Origin: Methanotrichaceae archaeon
GTDB taxonomy: Archaea > Halobacteriota > Methanosarcinia > Methanotrichales > Methanotrichaceae
NCBI GenBank assembly: GCA_963754945.1
Contig: CAVWIG010000020.1
Coordinates: 1 to 55,397, forward strand
Reading direction: 5' to 3'
Length of the DNA: 55,397 bases
Shown here: positions 23,933 to 32,914 of the stretch, in pieces
Numbering within the stretch: position 1 is the first letter of the stretch
Layout: each line of letters opens with the position of its first letter
Translations under genes and position numbers: made by a program
The notes under the pieces: generated by a model
The model's input: only the letters and a program-made list of their open reading frames with translations
What the model was told of the DNA's origin: nothing
Databases searched by the model: none

Positions 23933-24739
23933 TCAGAGATATTCAAGCATCGCCCTGAGGTGCTCCAGATTGGTCGCATATTTAGCATCAAGCAGCGGTG
24001 TGCATTTATCGAGCGTGGTCTCACGGCCCACCAGTCTGATGGCGAAAGAGTAGCAGCTCTGATCCCCGCATATCCTGCAGTCGGTCTTCGGCAGGTACTG
24101 GTAAATCTCTGAGTGGTCCACCTTGACCTTCTCGCGGGGCACCGGGGTCACGCCTTTTGCTATTGCATCGTTTATGACCTTCCGCAGCTCGTCGAGCTGG
24201 TCCAACGCCTCCTGCTCGCTCTTGATCATGGTCATGGTGATATTGCCCGTTCCGTAGATGGTGATCAGGATGTTGCCCTTCTGAATTATCAGGGCCCCGA
24301 TCTTCTCAGAGTATCTGGCCCTGGGAAATATTGGCTCAAGGAGCTTGAGAGCACCGCCCAGGGGAGGCGAGACTCTGGCGATTATCCTGAACTTGGAGGT
24401 ATCTGCAATGCAGGGCAGAAGCTGTCTGACCTCGGCAATTTCAATGGGCCTGGTTCCTACGAGGTCTTTTCTTGCCTCTGCGGGCTTCTCGGATTTCGAC
24501 TCCATGAAGTTCTTCCCGAAATCGGTTAGAATTACACTTCCATCTTTCACCTCGACTAAGCCTGCTTGCTGAAGCATCTGCAGGTGGTAGTCCAACATGG
24601 TTGGACCCACAGACTTCGAGATCTCCTCTTGTGTTCGATTGCTCTCGGTTATCATGGCCATGATCTTGCGTCTCGTAGCGTTGGCCATAGCGTTGCTCAC
24701 GAGCTTAACATCTGCCTGTCCTCCAACCATATTGTCCAC
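23933..24739 (-). CDS. ArsR-like wHTH fused to a C-terminal Fe-S binding domain
   Basis: N-terminal NATRRKIM...LDYHLQMLQQAGLV; central PCIAD; C-terminal LPKTDCRICGDQSC...KCTPL four-Cys motif. Confidence 0.8.
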   Translation of the reverse strand: MDNMVGGQADVKLVSNAMANATRRKIMAMITESNRTQEEISKSVGPTMLDYHLQMLQQAGLVEVKDGSVILTDFGKNFMESKSEKPAEARKDLVGTRPIEIAEVRQLLPCIADTSKFRIIARVSPPLGGALKLLEPIFPRARYSEKIGALIIQKGNILITIYGTGNITMTMIKSEQEALDQLDELRKVINDAIAKGVTPVPREKVKVDHSEIYQYLPKTDCRICGDQSCYSFAIRLVGRETTLDKCTPLLDAKYATNLEHLRAMLEYL

Positions 24740-24830
24740 CCGATTCGCAAATCATTCTTGAACTGCTTCTTTCTTCAACGTAATTGGCAAGGATCGCCTT
24801 TCGAGGCAATGCTGGATATGCTTCAAAGCA

Positions 24831-25304
24831 TCATTTTCTCTTCAACAGCCTGGCCAGGTTGACCATATCCATAACTGTCCCATCCGATATCCTGTAAAGG
24901 CACCATTTTCCCTCTTTTCTCTCTTTTATCAAGCCTGCGTCCTCAAGTATGGATAGATTATGGGATATGGAGGACTGCGGTTTTTTGAGAGCCAGCATTA
25001 TCTCACAAATGCAAAGCTCCCCTGCAGTCAGAAGTTTGAGAATACTGAGGCGTGTTGCATCTGCTACAGCCTTAAAGACCTTTATCTCAGCCGTTAAATC
25101 CTCTTCATCTATCTTTTTTGCTTGAGTGCACACATGGAGACATCGCTCTCTGGCTATGCTCTGATCTCCATAAAGCTTGGCTAGAGTTTTTTCTGCTTCA
25201 CAGCAAGCGCTATTGTCCCGGCAGGATTCTTTTTCTCTCCTTGGCAGAGTGATGGGCAATCTTTTGCTATGAATCATTGGCAGTTCTTTATCGAACATCG
25301 GCAT
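24831..25304 (-). CDS. ArsR/SmtB family transcriptional regulator
   Basis: FKAVADATRL, ELCICE, QSSISHNL, GKWCLY; Cys-rich N-terminal extension. Confidence 0.9.
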   Translation of the reverse strand: MPMFDKELPMIHSKRLPITLPRREKESCRDNSACCEAEKTLAKLYGDQSIARERCLHVCTQAKKIDEEDLTAEIKVFKAVADATRLSILKLLTAGELCICEIMLALKKPQSSISHNLSILEDAGLIKERKEGKWCLYRISDGTVMDMVNLARLLKRK

Positions 25305-25435
25305 CCTACAAAGGTGATTTTTAAATCAACACGGGAACTAATCTATTTATTCATATATAAGGATTTCTAGATTCTAGGCTTCGCTGGCTTGGCGCAATGT
25401 GGTACTCCGTAGTCCGTGACCACACTGGAAAACGA

Positions 25436-25559
25436 AAAAGAAAAGTGGAGCTGCCCTGAATGTGGCGAGATATTCTGTGTTCATAAATCGCAATGTCTTT
25501 ATTGTCAGTACACGTGGCGCTAGAAATGATCAAGGATTTACACAAGCCCGACCAAGGCA
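25436..25559 (+). repeat. Diverged copy of the DUF3795 gene 3' end and attC left arm (partner at about 26595-26720)
   Basis: Encodes KEKWSCPECGEIFCVHKSQCLYCQYTWR*, versus KERWSCPECGEVLCVHKPQCLYCLHTWR*; both copies continue into AAGCCC(G/A)ACCAAGGCA. Confidence 0.9.
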
Positions 25560-25603
25560 GCCATCAGACGGCTTTCAGTCGCTGGTGATACATCCCGTTA
25601 GCC
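25546..25603 (+). other. attC-like integron cassette recombination site (58 bp)
   Basis: R'' GCCCGAC (GCCCAAC in the duplicate), inner palindrome CATCAG-A-CGGCT-TTC-AGTCG-CTGGTG with a bulged base, R' GTTAGCC. Confidence 0.7.
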
Positions 25604-25636
25604 GTCAATAGATGAATCACAAGGTGTGAGTTGGAC

Positions 25637-26143
25637 ATGAACATCGTTATCCGCAATGAGATCGAGTCGGACATCAAAGCGATATCGGAGATCACGAAAG
25701 CAGCTTTTGAGAATCTTCCAATTAGTAACCACACGGAACAGTTCATTGTTAATGCACTGCGAGATGCAAACGCGCTCACAATCTCGTTAGTGGCAGTTGC
25801 TGGGAAAAAAATGGTAGGCCACATAGCCTTCTCGCCTCTGACCATCTCAGATGGTAGCCTTGGTTGGTATGGTCTCGGTCCCATCTCTGTCTTGCCGGAA
25901 TTACAGAAGCAGGGTATTGGAAAATCCCTGATCCGTGAAGGCCTGTCCTCGCTAAAGTCATTGGGTGCAAAGGGCTGCGTGCTCGTGGGAGATCCTGGCT
26001 ACTACGAACGGTTAGGCTTCAGAAGTCTCCCGGAATTGGTTATTAACGGCGTTCCGCAAGAGAACGTTCTTGCATTGCCGTTAGAAGAAAGCAAGGCTCA
26101 TGGCCTTGTAACATTTCATGAAGGCTTTAACGCAAACGGCTAA
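25637..26143 (+). CDS. GNAT family N-acetyltransferase (YhbS-like), cassette gene
   Basis: VGHIAFS, LGPISVLPELQKQGIGKSLI, LVGDPGYYERLGF; stop codon lies inside ACGGCTAAC. Confidence 0.92.
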   Translation: MNIVIRNEIESDIKAISEITKAAFENLPISNHTEQFIVNALRDANALTISLVAVAGKKMVGHIAFSPLTISDGSLGWYGLGPISVLPELQKQGIGKSLIREGLSSLKSLGAKGCVLVGDPGYYERLGFRSLPELVINGVPQENVLALPLEESKAHGLVTFHEGFNANG

Positions 26144-26242
26144 CCAGGAGTTAAACGATCAGGGAATAGGGCAATCCGCCTCTACTTAGCTCTGTGTGAG
26201 ATTAAGTAATGAGGTCCTCAATAGCCTCTGCGGGATCTTGAC

Positions 26243-26682
26243 ATGACATCAAAGACATCAAAAAGATCAACAAAGGCAATCGCATTTTCCACGAAGCTAA
26301 TCGCTCCCTGCGGAATGAATTGCCGCCTCTGGTCGCATACACGAGAGATAAGAAACCATGCCTCGGCTGCCGAGGTGACGATAGCCTCAAAAAAAAAGTT
26401 CGTATCACATGCCGAATCAAGAACTGTGAGAAAATGGTGAACTCCAAAGTCAAGTACTGCTTCGGTTGTGATAGCTTCCCTTGCTCCAGGTTGAACAATT
26501 TGGATAAGCGGTACAGAACCAAGTATGGCATGAGCATGATCGACAATCTCGAGAACATCAGAAAATTCGGCATAAGGCATTTCATCAGAAGCGAAAAAGA
26601 AAGGTGGAGCTGCCCTGAATGCGGTGAGGTACTCTGTGTTCACAAGCCGCAATGTCTTTATTGTCTGCATACGTGGCGCTAG
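26243..26682 (+). pseudogene. DUF3795 Cys-rich protein, frameshifted
   Basis: IAPCGMNCRL in one frame; VAY...CLGC...CRIKNC...YCFGCDSFPC in the next; 1-bp deletion at about 26331. Confidence 0.8.
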
Positions 26683-26746
26683 AAATGCTTAAATGACTCA
26701 CAGAAAGCCCAACCAAGGCATAGATAGAATAGATAGAATAGATGCA

Positions 26747-27277
26747 ATGGATGCAAGGGCACAGCAGATGGCATTTGACGGTGCATGCGACGGCCCAGGA
26801 TCATGGCTGATATCGGCTCTTACTTTATGGGATGCCGCGCGTCGGCTGCATCCGATTGAACAACCGTCACGAGATGACGAAATGTTCCTTGACTCGGTCT
26901 TTTACATGCTCCTTGCCTTATCGTTCGAGAACCTTCTCAAGGGAATGATCGCTATTCAGGGAACACCCATCTCCGTGAATAACAAACTCAACCCATACAT
27001 TGCAAAACACGAGCTTGTACAATATGCCGAGAAAATCGATCCAAAAGTATTCGTCGTCGACGTTACCGAAATGGCTCTTCTCAAAAGATTGGAGCCTTAC
27101 CTGACGTATGGAGGCCGGTACCCTATGCCTAAGGAACCAAGCAAAGTTGTCGCCTTGATAGGATACTCGAATCACGAACTTGATGCCGCAGATGTCCTGT
27201 GGAAACGTCTTTATACGCATCTTAAGAAGCGTGGCTGGATTACTAAGTGTGATGGATCACGTCTACCGATGCGGTAA
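26747..27277 (+). CDS. HEPN-like hypothetical protein, cassette gene
   Basis: ALSFENLLKG, HEL, GRYP pattern; followed directly by an attC-like site. Confidence 0.55.
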   Translation: MDARAQQMAFDGACDGPGSWLISALTLWDAARRLHPIEQPSRDDEMFLDSVFYMLLALSFENLLKGMIAIQGTPISVNNKLNPYIAKHELVQYAEKIDPKVFVVDVTEMALLKRLEPYLTYGGRYPMPKEPSKVVALIGYSNHELDAADVLWKRLYTHLKKRGWITKCDGSRLPMR

Positions 27278-27283
27278 GTGGCC

Positions 27284-27346
27284 GCCGAACAACCGCATGC
27301 ACCGGATCGGCCATAAAGCTGGCTCACAGTGATGCATGTGTTATGC
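27284..27346 (+). other. attC-like site (63 bp)
   Basis: R'' GCCGAAC 7 nt after the stop, L'' ATGCACCG versus L' CAGTGAT (extra base, one mismatch), inner GGCC/GGCT, R' GTTATGC. Confidence 0.65.
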
Positions 27347-27626
27347 AAAAAAAAACGATGATGATTAAGCATAGATGGTGTGATGCGGAGGAGCATTTGG
27401 ATAATGTCTTTGAGTCGAGTATCGAAATTACTGCGCGCGAACCCCTCGGTATCTTTATCTGCCCACGTTATGAGAAGACAAGACAAATATAATACCTGAC
27501 AGACAGCAATTACAGTGTTTAACCCAAAATTTGAAACTAATGATCGCTATGCTCAGCTTTGTCCAATTACATATTTAAGTGTAAATCGTTGGGTTAAGCA
27601 CTATAGTTGTAATCAAGTGATGAAAC

Positions 27627-28712
27627 CTAATTTTCAAAGCTCTTGCTCTCGCACATTGCTTTAGCCTCGGCAAAATACCTCTCCTTCAGCTTCAATGCCA
27701 CATTCACCAGGCCAATCAAAACCGGCACCTCTATAAGCGGCCCGATAACCGCAGCAAATGCCTCCTGCGAGGCGATGCCGAATACGGCCACTGCCACAGC
27801 TATCGCCAGCTCGAAGTTGTTGCTGGAAGCCGTAAATGATAGAGCGGCAGTATTCTCATAGTTCACTCCCAGCTTGTAGGACATGTAGAAGCTGGAGAAG
27901 AACATGAGCAGGAAGTAGATCATGAGCGGAATGGCCACTCTGACTACATCCAGTGGCAGTTCCACTACATACCCTCCTTTGAGGGAGAACATCACGACGA
28001 TTGTGAAGAGCAAGGCAATGAGTGTGATAGGGCTTATTTTTGGTATGAACTGGTTTTCGTACCAGCTTCTGCCTTTGGCCCGAATTAGCGAGAACCTTGT
28101 GATAATGCCTGCCAGGAAAGGTATTCCGAGGTATATGAAGACGCTCTCTGCAATCTGGGTAATGGTGACGTTCACAGTCATTCCTGCTGCGATACCTATA
28201 GCTGCGGGCAATATCGTGATAAATATGTAAGCGTAGACGGAGTAAAACAGCACCTGGAATATGGAGTTCAGGCCCACCAGGCCCGCGCAGTACTCAGTGC
28301 AACCGCAGGCCAGTTCATTCCAGACGATAACCATGGCTATGCAGCGGGCTATACCAATGAGGATCACGCCGTACATTAGATGAGGATGGTCTCGCAGGAA
28401 TACAACCGCAAGGACGAACATCAGAATAGGTCCGATGATCCAGTTCTGAACCAGAGACAGAACCAGAACCTTCCTGTCCTTGAACACATTCCCCAGCTCT
28501 TCGTACTTCACCTTGGCCAGGGGCGGGTACATCATCAATATCAAGCCGATGGCAATGGGAATAGAAGTGGTTCCCACCTGGAGGCTGAGGATGAACCTAG
28601 TTATTCCTGGAGCAAAATAGCCGATGCCAATACCAATTAGCATTGCGGCGAAGATCCAGGCTGTCAGGAACCTGGAGAGGAAGTCGAGCCCTTTGCTTAT
28701 CTCATTCGCCAT
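27627..28712 (-). CDS. acr3: ACR3 family arsenite efflux transporter
   Basis: [49 protein letters not shown]. Confidence 0.97.
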   Translation of the reverse strand: MANEISKGLDFLSRFLTAWIFAAMLIGIGIGYFAPGITRFILSLQVGTTSIPIAIGLILMMYPPLAKVKYEELGNVFKDRKVLVLSLVQNWIIGPILMFVLAVVFLRDHPHLMYGVILIGIARCIAMVIVWNELACGCTEYCAGLVGLNSIFQVLFYSVYAYIFITILPAAIGIAAGMTVNVTITQIAESVFIYLGIPFLAGIITRFSLIRAKGRSWYENQFIPKISPITLIALLFTIVVMFSLKGGYVVELPLDVVRVAIPLMIYFLLMFFSSFYMSYKLGVNYENTAALSFTASSNNFELAIAVAVAVFGIASQEAFAAVIGPLIEVPVLIGLVNVALKLKERYFAEAKAMCESKSFEN

Positions 28713-28908
28713 CTATAACGCACCCTTACTGCTTCATTCAATATATCGCAATTTAATTTCTTGAAACTCAATTAATTCTATGTTGTTCCCGGATTCCGAT
28801 AGCATCGTATTCCTCGGTCCCTATCTTTGGTCTCATGCACAAATTATTATTACTATTAATTTATTCTATTTTAACTGACCGAGCTTGAGGTTAGCTTTTT
28901 CCAATGTT

Positions 28909-29190
28909 CTATTTAGCCATATTTTTTAGCCGCTCTAAAGCATCCTCGGCACGCTGGAAGCTATCACACACAGAGAGTTCCTTGGGGTTGCATGAGGCCA
29001 GGAGGTCCATAGCTCGGTCCGCCAATCGATAGCAGTCTGCGTCTTCCAGCATCTGCAGCAGCAGAGAGGTGCAGCGGTTGAACTCTCGGCACTCTGAGGA
29101 TTGTGTGATCCTCCCGTGCATGACGCAGAGCGCCTCCACCTCTTTCACGATCTCTTTGTGCCTCTCTGATTCATCGCATTCCTCCGGCAT
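28909..29190 (-). CDS. Small Cys-rich hypothetical protein
   Basis: 93-aa ORF abutting the upstream gene in the ars operon; 7 Cys. Confidence 0.65.
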   Translation of the reverse strand: MPEECDESERHKEIVKEVEALCVMHGRITQSSECREFNRCTSLLLQMLEDADCYRLADRAMDLLASCNPKELSVCDSFQRAEDALERLKNMAK

Positions 29191-29191
29191 A

Positions 29192-29572
29192 CTAAGAAGA
29201 CAGCTCTTCTTTTACTTTCTCTACAACCCTTGAACAGACCTTTTCGTCAAGGGCAATTTCATGCGACTTCTCAATACCAAGCTCTGTCACAATCACCTGG
29301 ATCGCTGGCTCAATCTCGGCGTGCTGCAAGGTCTTCGCGGCGCATTGAACCGGGCATCCGTCAATGGCCACAACCAGATCTGCTTCTTTTCCGGCCTTAA
29401 CCATCCCTTTGATGTGGGCTCCAATGCCAGCAAGACAGAAGAATCCGCCCACCTTTTCGTTTGATAATTCTATTGCCGCCTGGTTTGCTATCTGTCCGAC
29501 ATTTGAGGCTCCTGAACATGCAACTATTTTCACATCCGAATTGCTGCATAGACACTTCTTCTTTTCTTCCAT
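29192..29572 (-). CDS. DGC domain putative zinc-binding protein
   Basis: ACSGASNVGQ, FCLAG, AIDGCPVQCA. Confidence 0.9.
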   Translation of the reverse strand: MEEKKKCLCSNSDVKIVACSGASNVGQIANQAAIELSNEKVGGFFCLAGIGAHIKGMVKAGKEADLVVAIDGCPVQCAAKTLQHAEIEPAIQVIVTELGIEKSHEIALDEKVCSRVVEKVKEELSS

Positions 29573-29621
29573 GAATAAACCTCATTTCTAAGCATTCACT
29601 TGACGACAGTTGTCTGACGCC

Positions 29622-29972
29622 TTATTGCCCGCAGCTGCATCCTTTCCCTTCTTCTGTTTCTTCTGACTTTTTGCCTTCGAATATTATATCATACACGCTT
29701 TTACCGAGATCATTTGTCCAGCCAAGCTGGGAACCGGCAGAAATAAACATGGCAACAGCAATCGCCTCAGCAATCTCCTTTTTGTTTGCCCCATGGTCTA
29801 CGGCTCTCTGGGAGTGCACGTTGACACAGAATTGGCAGCGCATGAGAACCGAGCAAGCAACAGCAATAAGTTCTTTTGTTTTTCGATCCAGCTCTCCTCC
29901 TTCGAAAATCGCATCTCTCATCCTTCCAAAAGCTTCAGATGTCTCTGGCAGCATTTCGTTCATAAACGGCAT
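29622..29972 (-). CDS. Carboxymuconolactone decarboxylase/AhpD family protein
   Basis: LDRKTKELIAVA, RCQFCVNVH, EIAEAI. Confidence 0.88.
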   Translation of the reverse strand: MPFMNEMLPETSEAFGRMRDAIFEGGELDRKTKELIAVACSVLMRCQFCVNVHSQRAVDHGANKKEIAEAIAVAMFISAGSQLGWTNDLGKSVYDIIFEGKKSEETEEGKGCSCGQ

Positions 29973-29993
29973 ATTAATTTCTCCGAATAACCT

Positions 29994-30230
29994 TCACTTA
30001 TTGAGTATTTTCTTGATCTCTTCCACTGTGGCAGTCCTGCCCATCATCTTGGATTCGCCATCCACGTAGAGCGCGGGGGTCATCATCACTCCACGGTTCA
30101 TGATCTCCTGGATGCTGTCCACCTTCACAATCTCGGCATTGATGCCAAGTTCCTGGACTGCTTTCTCAACGTTCTTTGTCAAGCTCTTGCACTTGGCACA
30201 GCCCGTTCCTAAGACTTCTATCTTCACCAT
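29994..30230 (-). CDS. Small thioredoxin-like redox protein (MTH895/ArsE type)
   Basis: KIEVLGTGCAKC, GVMMTPAL; true start taken as ATG 30230 rather than the longer listed ORF. Confidence 0.92.
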   Translation of the reverse strand: MVKIEVLGTGCAKCKSLTKNVEKAVQELGINAEIVKVDSIQEIMNRGVMMTPALYVDGESKMMGRTATVEEIKKILNK

Positions 30231-30250
30231 TTCATTCACCTCTGAAGCTA

Positions 30251-31369
30251 TCATCCAATATTCATGCCTACTATTGCTCCGTAGAGCATACCCACGAGAG
30301 TGGAGACTATCACAACCAGGCTGATGTAAACGCCACCCTTCTTTACACCTATTACTCTCATGATCACTATCATGCTCGGCAGGCTCAGCGATGGCCCGGA
30401 TAGGAGCAGAGACAGGGCAGGACCTGGGGCCGTTACTCCTGTGCTGTACCCGAAGAGAGTGCCCACGATGGGGATCTCCAGCAAAGTGGGCATATAGAGC
30501 AGAGCGCCCACGACAGAAGCAATAAAGCACGCCAGGAAGCTGTTCGAGCCTAAATAGGTCCTGAGCAGCTCGGTGGGCATAAAGTAACCAATAACGCCCG
30601 TTATGAAGGTTCCAACCACCAGTAGGGGAAAGATCTTCCTGGTCAAAGACCAGGTTTCGCCTAAGAAGGCGCTCTTCTCTTCAGATGAGAAATATCTTGT
30701 CAGGACATAAGCAGCAGCCGCTACGAATGCAGCGACTATCGTCCATTTCAGCATGTAATCCAGTTGTGAGGTGGCGGATAGCAACACTCCAATTAGGAGC
30801 GCCATGAATAGAACAGATACGCGCTCAGTCTGGCCGCCCTTATGGGGCTCGGTCGTCGCCTGGGCGGTCTTGGCAGGCGGATTGCCTGGTGAGCTCTCGC
30901 ACTTCTGGGGGCTTCTCTCGAATATGGCTGCCATGATCAGGCCTATGACAACAGCCATGGACACTGCGGCTATCGCCCTTGCAATTCCTATATCCAAGCC
31001 CAGAACTCTTGCGGTGAGGACTATGGCCAGGAGATTTATGGCCGGGCCCGAGAAAAGGAAAGCTGTCGCAGGACCTATTCCTGCACCCTTCTTTTCTATT
31101 CCTGCAAACATGGGCAGGATGGTACAGCTACAGACGGCCAATATAGTCCCGGATGTAGCTGCTACGCCATAGCACAGCCATTTAGGAGCATCTGCTCCAA
31201 AGTATTTCAGCACCATTTCCGTCTTGAGGAGTGCTGCTATGGCCCCCGCTATGAAAAATGCGGGTATCAGGCAGGTCAAAACGTGAGCTGAGAGATATCC
31301 CAGCAAAGTTGTGAGCCCGGCGTTTAAAGACGCCATTAACGTTTCTGTTATCAAATTTATCACAGCCAA
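30251..31369 (-). CDS. ArsP/DUF318 family permease
   Basis: CLIPAFFIAGAI, AVCSCTILPMF, FLFSGPAIN, GPALSLLLSGPSLSLPS. Confidence 0.88.
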   Translation of the reverse strand: MAVINLITETLMASLNAGLTTLLGYLSAHVLTCLIPAFFIAGAIAALLKTEMVLKYFGADAPKWLCYGVAATSGTILAVCSCTILPMFAGIEKKGAGIGPATAFLFSGPAINLLAIVLTARVLGLDIGIARAIAAVSMAVVIGLIMAAIFERSPQKCESSPGNPPAKTAQATTEPHKGGQTERVSVLFMALLIGVLLSATSQLDYMLKWTIVAAFVAAAAYVLTRYFSSEEKSAFLGETWSLTRKIFPLLVVGTFITGVIGYFMPTELLRTYLGSNSFLACFIASVVGALLYMPTLLEIPIVGTLFGYSTGVTAPGPALSLLLSGPSLSLPSMIVIMRVIGVKKGGVYISLVVIVSTLVGMLYGAIVGMNIG

Positions 31370-31382
31370 GTCATATTATATA

Positions 31383-31763
31383 TTAATCAATTACTGCCCT
31401 TCCACGTTTGGAAACAGCCGATGCAGGCTTATTTATTGATGCCTCCAAAATCTTCCCTGCATTTGTCAGTTCTGAGATCTGGTCCAGCGCTATAGCATCA
31501 ACCTCTTTCAGCAGATTGAAAATCCTGGGATTCTTTATCCGGTACAGAGTCCTTTTGCCGTCGATGCGGCGGTCCAGGATTCCGGTCTCGTGAAGGATGT
31601 TTAGGTGCTTCGATATCGTTGATTGGGAACGGCTGAAGGCCGGAATGATCTCGCAGACGCATCTTTCGCCACCTGCTAGATATTCAAGCAGCTCAAGGCG
31701 CGTGGGATCGGAAAGGGCGCTGAGGATTTTGACCCGCAAATCTGAGACCGATTTTTGAGACAT
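31383..31763 (-). CDS. arsR: ArsR family regulator
   Basis: ALSDPTRL, ERCVCEI, SQSTISKHL; first gene of the ars operon. Confidence 0.92.
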   Translation of the reverse strand: MSQKSVSDLRVKILSALSDPTRLELLEYLAGGERCVCEIIPAFSRSQSTISKHLNILHETGILDRRIDGKRTLYRIKNPRIFNLLKEVDAIALDQISELTNAGKILEASINKPASAVSKRGRAVID

Positions 31764-31814
31764 GACATACTAATGTAGTTACATAATAGGATATAAACAT
31801 ATCGCAATTAGACG

Positions 31815-31846
31815 ATGTATTGGGGGTATTTCATGTATTGGGGGTA
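31815..31846. repeat. 14-bp direct repeat in the divergent arsR/arsC promoter
   Basis: ATGTATTGGGGGTA at 31815 and 31833. Confidence 0.85.
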
Positions 31847-31916
31847 AATAGAAAGCCTTTGTATATCTTCAATTGCCATGTAGCATTACTGATTGAATGA
31901 GCAAGAGGTTGAGCTA

Positions 31917-32377
31917 ATGGCATCCGAATCGATCGGTTCAGGGAAAAAGAAAGTGCTCTTCCTATGCTTCCACAACTCGGCAAGGTCTCAGTTGGGAGAA
32001 GGACTGCTCAGGGCCATATATGGAGACAGATATGAAGTCCATAGCGCAGGCGTTGAAGCAACGAAGGTAGATCCTCGTGCCGTTAAGGTCATGGACGAAA
32101 TTGGCATCGATATCTCCGGCCAGCGTTCAAAATCTATGACAGAATATAAAGGCACTCTTTCGATCTGGCTGTTACTGTATGCGACGAAGCCAAGGAGATG
32201 TGCCCTATCTGCGGGGTAAGCCTTAAGGCTCCTGCCACGGCTCCAGCAGCTAAAGAGACCATCCACAGGAATTTCAAAGATCCGGCTTCTGCAGAAGGTT
32301 CAGAAGAAGATCAGCTCAACGCATTTAGGCGAGTGAGAGATGAGATAAAGAACTGGATAGAGCAGACATTTAAGTGA
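31917..32377 (+). pseudogene. arsC: Thioredoxin-dependent arsenate reductase (LMW-PTP fold), frameshifted
   Basis: LFLCFHNSARSQ P-loop; after a missing T at about 32160 it continues FDLAVTVCDEAKEMCP...DP...FRRVRDEI. Confidence 0.9.
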
Positions 32378-32601
32378 GTGCAATTCAGGACGATTTTCAA
32401 TCCCGCATATCACTTGTTCTCGTCCGAGTTTTTCTTATTTCGACATTTCAAAAATGCCAAACACATATCTGAAGCAATCGTAAGTTGGCTTGTTTTCTTT
32501 AGTCAAAGCTTAGTAGTTCACGTTCAGATGCATCAGCATATTCAGGATTATCAGAAAAGATTAAATACTCAGAGATTGCAGCAGTGGTCTGAGGTTTGTT
32601 C

Positions 32602-32877
32602 GTGACATCTGAAGGTGAGAAAGGACCTTGCTGCGCGTCTGATATGATGAGCTGCTGCAAGGTGGAATCAATTGTAAGCGTGGATGAGAGAGGCCAGATG
32701 GTGCTTCCGAAAGAGATCCGAGAGAAGGCAAAGATAGGAGCGGGAGATAAGCTGGCTGTGGTCAGCATGGAGAAGGATGGAGAGATCTGTTGTCTCTCCT
32801 TGATCAAGGTCGAGAAGCTTGAGAGCATGGTGAAGTCCATGCTTGGTCCAGTCATGGATGAAGTACTCAAGAGATAA
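32602..32877 (+). CDS. AbrB-fold Cys-rich regulator (HgcC-like)
   Basis: CC...CCKVESIVSVDERGQMVLPKEIR...GDKL...CC; GAGGT upstream of GTG. Confidence 0.8.
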   Translation: MTSEGEKGPCCASDMMSCCKVESIVSVDERGQMVLPKEIREKAKIGAGDKLAVVSMEKDGEICCLSLIKVEKLESMVKSMLGPVMDEVLKR

Positions 32878-32914
32878 GGATATTTTAATCGGTTATTTTG
32901 ATAAAGGTGGACAT

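Noticed and set aside
27440-27475. Further attC right arm (TTATCTGCCCACGTTATG)
   Set aside because: No matching R''/L'' arm upstream and atypical spacing.
30231-30530. N-terminal extension of the thioredoxin ORF
   Set aside because: Overlaps the permease in another frame; the family start is MVKIEVLG at 30230.
15815-32165. Programmed frameshifting in arsC, DUF3795 and the IS630 copy 1 tail
   Set aside because: These are 1-bp deletions in short runs without slippery heptamers; true decay or sequencing error is more likely, and raw reads are needed to tell which.
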